Source of the DNA: Hyperthermus butylicus DSM 5456
GTDB lineage: Archaea > Thermoproteota > Thermoprotei_A > Sulfolobales > Pyrodictiaceae
Length of the DNA: 32,000 bases
Assembly (NCBI RefSeq): GCF_000015145.1
Contig: NC_008818.1
Location: 270,001-302,000, forward strand
Reading direction: 5' to 3'
The position numbers and the translations under genes are program-made. Shown one piece after another: positions 25,691-32,000 of this stretch (position 1 is the first letter of the stretch; every line of letters begins with the position of its first letter). The notes under the pieces are model-generated. The model saw only the letters and a program-made list of their open reading frames with translations, did not search any database and was not told where the DNA came from.

Positions 25691-27874
25691 CTAGGCTTTG
25701 GGCTCTACGACTACTACCTCGTATTCTTCCAGCCTATCTATGCTGACTATTATCTTGCCGTTTTTCTCCTCTATGCTGTACTTTCTGTTTGCTAGTGGTG
25801 AGTAGGCCTTAACGCCTGCATGGTGGCTGACAAGGTCCTGGTCTACAATTATCCTGATACCAGTTACGGGTATTATCTCCCGGATGGGGTGTACGGCTTC
25901 GCTGCTACTATAGCCTGGGATGGGTTGCTTAGCGCCCCTAAGGCTTATCGCTTGTATCCTTTGGCCTGTAGTGTAGTTGAGTAAGTGTATGACTAGTCTC
26001 TCTCCTTGTTTCCACGGTTCCACGATAACGGTTTCGGGGGCTTCTGCCTCCAATGGCGGGTTGCCGCCGGCATAGCGGATGCTGTTGGCTATGAGTTTCT
26101 GGTAGTCGGGGTGCCCGGTGTGCCAATAGTGGGATCCGAGCCTCCAGGGATAGTATATGGCTTTACCGTTAACCACTATGCCGGGAAGGCTTGTGCTGTA
26201 GCCTAGTGGCGGCGTGGAACGGCCTAGGGTGTACTCGTGTCCATAGCGATATGCTGGTTCACCAATGTATGCTGGCACTTCTGCATCCCTAGCTGCTTCT
26301 ACGGGTACTATGCTGCCGAGCTCCTTGCCTCTGGGAAGATCGTATCTTATGTCGCCAAGGGGTATTGGACCATCTATGCCCTCTAGGACTGGGTGCTTCC
26401 GGGCTGGTATGAGGTAGCTCCAGTCCCTGCTAACGGGCTCACCCGCCAGCCTGGCACCGAGAATGCTTTCTGCGAGAAGCCCGCCTGCTGGCAGGCAGTC
26501 GTCGTTGTAGAGACTTGTCTGGAATGTCGCGATCACCCCGCCCCCCGCCTCTACATGGTTCTCGAGCGCCCGGAGCAGCTCGTTACTCACGCATGCTGTG
26601 TCGGCAAGTACAACGACCTTGTACTTGCTTAGTGCTTCTCCTACCGCGTCCTGGTCGAGGAGGTATTCTACATGGATGTGGCTATGCTGTAGAGCATAGT
26701 AGAATCCGCGAACCTCATCCACGTAACGCTCAGGGCTCAGCCTTCCATAGTGGTCTCGGACTGTATTAGATACAATTATCGCTGCATACCTTACCGGCTC
26801 AGCACCGTCAAGGTACTCCTCGAGTAGTTCGTGTTCCCGAAAAACCTCCTCTATAGGCTTGAGGGACTCGGGCCTCTGGATGAGCTGGCTCGAGAAGACT
26901 AGCACCCAGGGATTGCCGCCAGCAATGAATGCTTCGCGGAGGCCTTGCCTCAGCAGTGGCGGTGGTGCTGGGTGTGGGGGGCGGAGGCTGTAGAAAGCGT
27001 TTCTCGACGCGAATATCGCTACACCCTCTCCTGCCATGGCCCTGGATAGCTTAACCATTTCAGCTATGAAGCCTGGGGGCTGGTGATCCGCCTCACTACA
27101 CTCCGCGAAGACCGCGTCGAGGATGCCCCGTGCCATCTCTACTACGCGGTTAGCACGGCCAGCCCAGCCAGCAGGATGGCTATTATACATCACGACTGCA
27201 TCCCTTCTCGCCGCCTTGGCCTCGGCTGCCAGCCTCGCGAGGGCACCGACTACGACACGGTACCTCCAGTCCCACAGCATCCTCCACCTATTATCGCTCC
27301 AGTCAGGCTCAACCGGCATATCGTAGCCATGTTCTCGGCGGAACCTCTTGCGGCACCAACGGCAGTAACAAGCCCTCTCCGGGTCGGGCTGGTAGCGGAA
27401 ACTATCGAATAGGACGCCGTCAGCTCCCAGCTCCAGCGCCTCCCTTACCTCCAGCACTGCATGCTCCAGGAAGGGGCTGTTTGGACATAACTGCGGCCAC
27501 TCGGGCTCCCAAACCCCGCTGGGGGCATGTTCGAGGAGCACTGGCTCGCCCCTAGCGTTTACCTGTGCCCAGTCTCTATGCCTAAGGTATAACAATTTGT
27601 TAGCGGTATGAGCAACCATTGCTACGACGCGTATGCCGCGACGGTGAGCCTCAGCAATGAGCTCTCTAAGGAAGTCGCCGGGCATGCCCGGCCGTGGGGG
27701 CCCCGCCCTACCGCCCCGGTAGTAGGTGTAGCCCCATGCATCCCTAGCAAAGACCACGATGAGGTTTGCATGCAGTTTCTCCGCAAGCACCGCAACGTCT
27801 CGGCCACGTATCCGTGACACATGGATACCCAGCCGATCCTCGAAATTGAACTGGAGAGCCCTGAGAGGTTTCAT
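25691..27874 (-). CDS. Putative glycoside hydrolase (GHL6-like TIM barrel plus a beta-galactosidase GH42 trimerisation-like domain)
   Basis: The N-terminus MKPLRALQFNFED...LHANLIVVFARDAWGYTYY and the CYCRWCRKRF motif are GHL6-like. The central stretch KYKVVVLADTACVSNELLRALENHVEAGGGVIATFQTS is GH42M-like. I prefer the ATG at 27874 over the track TTG at 27892. Confidence 0.8.
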   Translation of the reverse strand: MKPLRALQFNFEDRLGIHVSRIRGRDVAVLAEKLHANLIVVFARDAWGYTYYRGGRAGPPRPGMPGDFLRELIAEAHRRGIRVVAMVAHTANKLLYLRHRDWAQVNARGEPVLLEHAPSGVWEPEWPQLCPNSPFLEHAVLEVREALELGADGVLFDSFRYQPDPERACYCRWCRKRFRREHGYDMPVEPDWSDNRWRMLWDWRYRVVVGALARLAAEAKAARRDAVVMYNSHPAGWAGRANRVVEMARGILDAVFAECSEADHQPPGFIAEMVKLSRAMAGEGVAIFASRNAFYSLRPPHPAPPPLLRQGLREAFIAGGNPWVLVFSSQLIQRPESLKPIEEVFREHELLEEYLDGAEPVRYAAIIVSNTVRDHYGRLSPERYVDEVRGFYYALQHSHIHVEYLLDQDAVGEALSKYKVVVLADTACVSNELLRALENHVEAGGGVIATFQTSLYNDDCLPAGGLLAESILGARLAGEPVSRDWSYLIPARKHPVLEGIDGPIPLGDIRYDLPRGKELGSIVPVEAARDAEVPAYIGEPAYRYGHEYTLGRSTPPLGYSTSLPGIVVNGKAIYYPWRLGSHYWHTGHPDYQKLIANSIRYAGGNPPLEAEAPETVIVEPWKQGERLVIHLLNYTTGQRIQAISLRGAKQPIPGYSSSEAVHPIREIIPVTGIRIIVDQDLVSHHAGVKAYSPLANRKYSIEEKNGKIIVSIDRLEEYEVVVVEPKA

Positions 27875-28745
27875 CCACCAAGTCTTATCCAAGGCTTTAG
27901 ACCACGCGCCTCCAAGCAGGACAGGCCATTGCGGACCCCCATTTAGGTTGTGGGGCTACGGTGTTCCCAGTAACATGCAGCCTCTTTTCCGCTAGCAAGT
28001 GGACTCGCACCGGAGGAAGCACGGCTATGCCATGAAGTATAGTATTACTATCTTGCGCCTAGCAGCTTGGCAATCGTGTTTCTATCCAGCTTCGGCAAGC
28101 GCGTTTGCTAATTCGTGGGCAACGCTTGTCTTTAGAGCACCGAGGAGACGTAGGATGCACTTAGTTGCTGAGGCGTACTACCCGGTTATGGTTTTGTTGC
28201 GAGTGCTTACGAGCTAGCGAAGAGTCTCCGAGGAGCTATAGGCTTGTAGATGCGTTCCTGACGTTGCTGCTCGGTAGACACTCAGTTGCCTAGATTTACA
28301 CGATACTGTTGAAGACGGTTTCCACGTATGAGTTTGACATGCTGGAGAACCCCTAGGAAGCTCATAGAACGCTTTTGTCGGAGAGACGCGTGGAGCTATC
28401 GTCTACGAGAGGGTCTGTGAGGGTCTAGATAAAGCCGCTGATGCCTACCAATATGGCGACCTTCATAGTGCATGGCTGGGATATGACAGGAGGCGCATAC
28501 GATAATTGCTAGGCACCGTAGCGCCACTTGACATATACGTCTTGGTCAACCATGGAAGGGTTATCATATTGAGAGCAAGACTCTCCGAAGCATAGTGTCC
28601 CTCTACTCAGAACTTACCTAGGAGCTGGGAGAGCATTGAGCTGCTAAGCTGCTAGACCTACGGCGATAGCCCTCCAACGCGGTATGAGCTTGCCAGCACA
28701 AGCACCGGGGCGAATAGCATGAGAGAGTGAGCGAAGTGTAACAGC

Positions 28746-29846
28746 CTAGAATACAGCCTCGCCAGTCTCGCGGAATACGTGCAGCTTATTCAAGTCAAGG
28801 TATACGCGTAGCCTTTGACCGACGCGGTAGGGCCTGCTATCGCTAACCTTGACCACTAGTATGCGGCCCCTAACGTCTAGGTGTACTATGGTGTCTGAGC
28901 CGAGCAGCTCGACAAAGTCTACGCGACCCTCCACGGAGTGGAGCCCGGTCCTCACCGTGGACGCTATGTCCTCAGGATAGATGTGCTCCGGTCTAATACC
29001 AACAGTGACCCTTGACCCGCGGAGCTGCTTTACAAGCTCCACCGCCCAGCCCGGCACGGGTATTTCAAATCCATCAGCGTCGAGTACTAGGCCTTGCTCC
29101 TTCTCGACCACCCTAGCCTCTATGAAGTTCATCTGTGGACTACCAATGAAGCCTGCTACAAACATGTTTGCGGGCTTATTGTAGACCTCGTTGGGTGTAC
29201 CAACCTGCATTATCTTCCCTTTATTCATGACGGCGATACGGTCACCCATTGTCATTGCTTCTACCTGGTCGTGCGTCACATAAATCGTGGTCACGCCTAT
29301 CCGTCTCTGAAGCTTCTTTAGCTCACTCCTCATCTTAACTCTCAGCAACGCGTCAAGGTTGCTTAGCGGCTCATCCATGAGCAGCACCTCGGGCTCAACA
29401 ACTATTGCTCGGGCAACTGCAACCCTCTGCCTCTGACCGCCGCTGAGCTGGGCTGGGTAGCGGTTCAGCAGCTCCTCTATCTGTAGCAGCTCCGCTGCCC
29501 ACTTGACACGGCGCCTTATCTCCTCCTCTGGGTACTTCTTAATCCTCAACGGGAAGGCTATGTTGTCGAACACCTTCATATGGGGCCAGACGGCGTAGCT
29601 CTGAAACACCATGGATACGTTTCTCTCCCTCGGAGCCAGCGTCGTCACGTCGCGGCTCCCAAAGAGTATACGGCCCTCATCGGGTTTCTCGAGGCCAGCT
29701 ATGAGGCGTAGCGTTGTTGTTTTTCCGCAGCCGCTGGGGCCGAGGAGTACCATAAACTCCCCGTCTTCCACGTCGAGATCCACGTGATCCACTGCTATCG
29801 TCCTGCCGAACCTCTTGGTTACACTGACTAGGTGTACATCCACCAC
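28746..29846 (-). CDS. Sugar ABC transporter ATP-binding protein (MalK/UgpC-like)
   Basis: Walker A is GPSGCGKTT, the signature is LSGGQRQRVAVARA, and Walker B is LLMDEPLSNLD. A C-terminal TOBE/MalK regulatory-type domain is present. The start is GTG, preceded by gaggtga. Confidence 0.93.
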   Translation of the reverse strand: MVDVHLVSVTKRFGRTIAVDHVDLDVEDGEFMVLLGPSGCGKTTTLRLIAGLEKPDEGRILFGSRDVTTLAPRERNVSMVFQSYAVWPHMKVFDNIAFPLRIKKYPEEEIRRRVKWAAELLQIEELLNRYPAQLSGGQRQRVAVARAIVVEPEVLLMDEPLSNLDALLRVKMRSELKKLQRRIGVTTIYVTHDQVEAMTMGDRIAVMNKGKIMQVGTPNEVYNKPANMFVAGFIGSPQMNFIEARVVEKEQGLVLDADGFEIPVPGWAVELVKQLRGSRVTVGIRPEHIYPEDIASTVRTGLHSVEGRVDFVELLGSDTIVHLDVRGRILVVKVSDSRPYRVGQRLRVYLDLNKLHVFRETGEAVF

Positions 29847-29852
29847 AACACT

Positions 29853-30674
29853 TCACCTCAGCGTTATACCCCACATTGCGATTAGGTACCTCCTCGCGAT
29901 GAATACAAACACCATTGCGGGGAGGACTATGAGGAAGCCCGCAGCGAACTTGATGAAATCAGGAGCTGCCATAGCTGATACGAGGATGAATGCTGGCAGC
30001 GTACGGTTCAGAGTGGTGAGTATGGAGGCTATGAACACCTCGTTCCAGGACATTATGAAGGTGAATATCGCTGCCGCAGCTAGGCCTGGGAGGGCTAGCG
30101 GTAATGTTATCCTTAGAAATACGCCGAGCCTATTTAGCCCAAAGACTAGCCCTGCCTCCTCAAGCTCTCGCGGCACCCCAGCGAATATGCTTGATGTCAC
30201 TAGCACAACGAATGGTAGAGCCATGGCTGTGTGGGCTAGGGCTACGCCTAGCGGTGTATCGTATATGCCGAGTCTTATGTAGAGGGTTGCTAGCGGCACA
30301 GCTATCACTATTATCGGAAACATCCTCATACCGACTATTAGCAGTTTCAGCGCGTCCCGGCCGGGGAATACAAAGCGTGCAAATGCATAGCCCGCAGGGA
30401 GTCCCAGCAGGAAGCTGAGGACAATAGTTAGCACTGCTACCACTACACTGTTAAATGCCGCCTTGCTAGCGCCGAGAGCTAATAGATCCCGGACATGCTC
30501 TAATGTGAAGCGGATTGGTATAACCTTGTTAGGGTCGTAGTAGTCCTGGGGTGTACTAAACGCGTAAAGCACCGAGATAGCTATAGGTACTAGCACCCAT
30601 GCAACCGCGAGGGCTGCAGCTGCCGCCACAAGTATGCCGTGAAGCGCATAGCGGACTGGGCTAGCCTCCTCCAC
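29853..30674 (-). CDS. Sugar ABC transporter permease (MalG-like)
   Basis: It has six TMs and the EAA-type loop region LEEAGLVFGLNRLGVFLRITLP. I prefer the GTG at 30674, preceded by ggaggtga 7 nt upstream. The track start at 30737 overlaps the upstream permease by 56 nt. Confidence 0.9.
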   Translation of the reverse strand: MEEASPVRYALHGILVAAAAALAVAWVLVPIAISVLYAFSTPQDYYDPNKVIPIRFTLEHVRDLLALGASKAAFNSVVVAVLTIVLSFLLGLPAGYAFARFVFPGRDALKLLIVGMRMFPIIVIAVPLATLYIRLGIYDTPLGVALAHTAMALPFVVLVTSSIFAGVPRELEEAGLVFGLNRLGVFLRITLPLALPGLAAAAIFTFIMSWNEVFIASILTTLNRTLPAFILVSAMAAPDFIKFAAGFLIVLPAMVFVFIARRYLIAMWGITLR

Positions 30675-30681
30675 CCCGGTG

Positions 30682-31566
30682 TCACCTCCCAGCCTCAAGA
30701 TACCTTGCCTTGAAGAATCTGATGTAGAGGGCGCCAAGGCTGAGGGAGATAGCCGCTATTATTAATGCATAGAGTGCTGCCACACCAGTGTGATGCATTT
30801 GTGTATGTTCGTAGAAAGCTTCGCCTGCAAGGACTGGTATATCTCTGCCTGCCAATACCCACACGCTGCCAAACACTTGGAGTGCAAACAAAGTCCTAAT
30901 GATGAGTGCTGCTTGTATGCTCGGCATCAGCATTGGGAGAACTATGTAGCGTAGCCTCTGCAGCGCATTAGCCCCGAAAACCTCGGCTGCCTCGAGGTAC
31001 TCATGGCTTATCATCTGCAGTCCTGCTAGGAGTATCACGAAGACTATTGCGGTTGAGCGCCAAACCTCGGTTATAATTATCGCTAACAACTCCATGTCGC
31101 GGTTTTGCCAACCAAAGAACTGTATCGGCTCGCTTATAACGCCAAGGTTTAGCAGGAGCTTGTTCGCGAAACCATTGCCAGTGAGCATCGAGTACCAGAT
31201 GAGACCTGCAGCTACATCGCTAATTGTGAGCGGAAGAATGGTAACATATATCGCTGCGTTCTTGCCACGAAACCGGAAGCTGTTGAAGAAGAATGCTAAT
31301 AGCAGCGCGAGGACAAACTCGACCGGTATAACTATGCCAGTTATCAGGAGCGTGTAGAATAGCGCGTCGCGAAACTTCGAAAGCGGGCTGTTGAGGAGAT
31401 AATCAACGTTCTCGGTGGTAAACCTGCCTTGCTCGTCAAAGAATGCTAGCTTAACACCTTGCACTAGGGGGTAGCCAACAAAGAACCCCATGTAGACTAC
31501 AGTGGGTGCTATGAGTAGGTAGGGTAGGATGCGGTCCAGCTTCTCCGCGAGGAGCCGGTACCTCAT
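30682..31566 (-). CDS. Sugar ABC transporter permease (MalF-like)
   Basis: It is polytopic, with the EAA loop YLEAAEVFGANALQRLRYIVLP. I prefer the ATG at 31566 (MRYRLLAEKLDRILPYLL) over the track TTG at 31593. Confidence 0.9.
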   Translation of the reverse strand: MRYRLLAEKLDRILPYLLIAPTVVYMGFFVGYPLVQGVKLAFFDEQGRFTTENVDYLLNSPLSKFRDALFYTLLITGIVIPVEFVLALLLAFFFNSFRFRGKNAAIYVTILPLTISDVAAGLIWYSMLTGNGFANKLLLNLGVISEPIQFFGWQNRDMELLAIIITEVWRSTAIVFVILLAGLQMISHEYLEAAEVFGANALQRLRYIVLPMLMPSIQAALIIRTLFALQVFGSVWVLAGRDIPVLAGEAFYEHTQMHHTGVAALYALIIAAISLSLGALYIRFFKARYLEAGR

Positions 31567-31634
31567 GTAAAAAACCGAGTGGGACCGCTGCAAGACCCTC
31601 CCAGCCCCAGAGGATACTACTGGGCTCCCCCTTC

Positions 31635-32000
31635 TTAGCCGCTATCCGGTGGTGGCAGCGGCGCGCCGGTCTCCTCGAAGAGTTTGAGAAGCTCTGGCTT
31701 CAACTCCTTTGTTACTTCTGCCGGGTCCTTGCCCTGTAGTACTATCTGCTCGAAGGCTGTCAGGTAGATCTGCTTAAACTCGCCGCCCTTAGCACCTAGG
31801 CTCGGTATCATTGCTACTATCGCGTCCCGGGCGTTTAGCATTTTGTTAACACCCTCAGCTAGTATCTTTAGTGGGCCCTCTGGTACTGCGCCAGAAGCCT
31901 CCTGGACACTTGGGAAGAAGCCTACGTTCTCGAGTATCTCGACCTCCGTCTCTGGCCTCGTTAGATAGTCTATGAGCTTCCAGGCTGCATCCTGGTAAGG
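31635..32000 (-). CDS. Extracellular solute (sugar)-binding protein, C-terminal 121 codons; 5' end beyond the window
   Basis: My translation stays open from position 32000: PYQDAAWKLIDYLTRPETEVEILENVGFFPSVQEA...KELKPELLKLFEETGAPLPPPDSG*. AWKLIDYLT..PE is typical of family-1 binding proteins. It lies upstream of the two permeases and the ATPase. Confidence 0.8.
   Translation of the reverse strand, partial: PYQDAAWKLIDYLTRPETEVEILENVGFFPSVQEASGAVPEGPLKILAEGVNKMLNARDAIVAMIPSLGAKGGEFKQIYLTAFEQIVLQGKDPAEVTKELKPELLKLFEETGAPLPPPDSG

Noticed and set aside
27999-28217. The 72-aa GTG-initiated ORF in the long spacer.
   Set aside because: The sequence is not protein-like (MDSHRRKHGYAMKYSITILRLAAWQSCF...RRRRMH). 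There is no SD or TATA context, and it is surrounded by dense stops.
1-32000. A search for CRISPR arrays, rRNA, transposases/integrases and long direct repeats.
   Set aside because: I saw no regularly spaced repeats, no rRNA-like conserved blocks, and no DDE, tyrosine or serine recombinase motifs in any listed ORF. The only exact tandem repeat found is the 13-mer at 11646-11671.

Overview
The window looks like an ordinary chromosomal region of a G+C-rich hyperthermophilic archaeon. I infer a Desulfurococcales-like crenarchaeon from the archaeal CDC48, TATA-like boxes, GGTG/GAGG-type SD motifs, frequent GTG/TTG starts and very tight gene packing.

Recognisable content, left to right:
- an A-type ATP synthase subunit C-like ORF running off the left edge, with a small coiled-coil partner
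- an EamA transporter
- an orphan 419-aa protein with nuclease-like and RHH-like motifs
- a SpoIIM-like membrane protein
- thiC with a coupled Cys-containing small ORF
- an SDR oxidoreductase
- a cluster of small membrane proteins
- a bPH/DUF1648 membrane protein
- a disrupted SDH-family serine protease
- a Tat-signal BMP-family binding protein, divergent from an HTH-phosphoribosyltransferase regulator
- CDC48/VCP
- an argG-argH-carA-carB cluster followed by a pyrD-like remnant
- an ACT-domain regulator
- a GHL6/GH42-like glycoside hydrolase
- a CUT1-type sugar ABC transporter whose binding-protein gene runs off the right edge

I found no rRNA, tRNA, CRISPR array, transposase or integrase.

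I cannot show a clear novel system. The best candidates for follow-up are:
- the PD-(D/E)xK-like/RHH fusion protein (2205-3464)
- the small-membrane-protein cluster with a GC-rich structured spacer (7315-9241)
- the ThiC-coupled Cys/His protein (5695-6240)
- an ~870-bp ORF-free, lower-GC stretch inside the sugar locus (27875-28745)

A recurring theme is gene decay, or indel errors in the assembly. This includes a perfect 13-bp tandem duplication that frameshifts the protease gene. All functional calls rest on motifs read by eye from the translations. No database search was possible.
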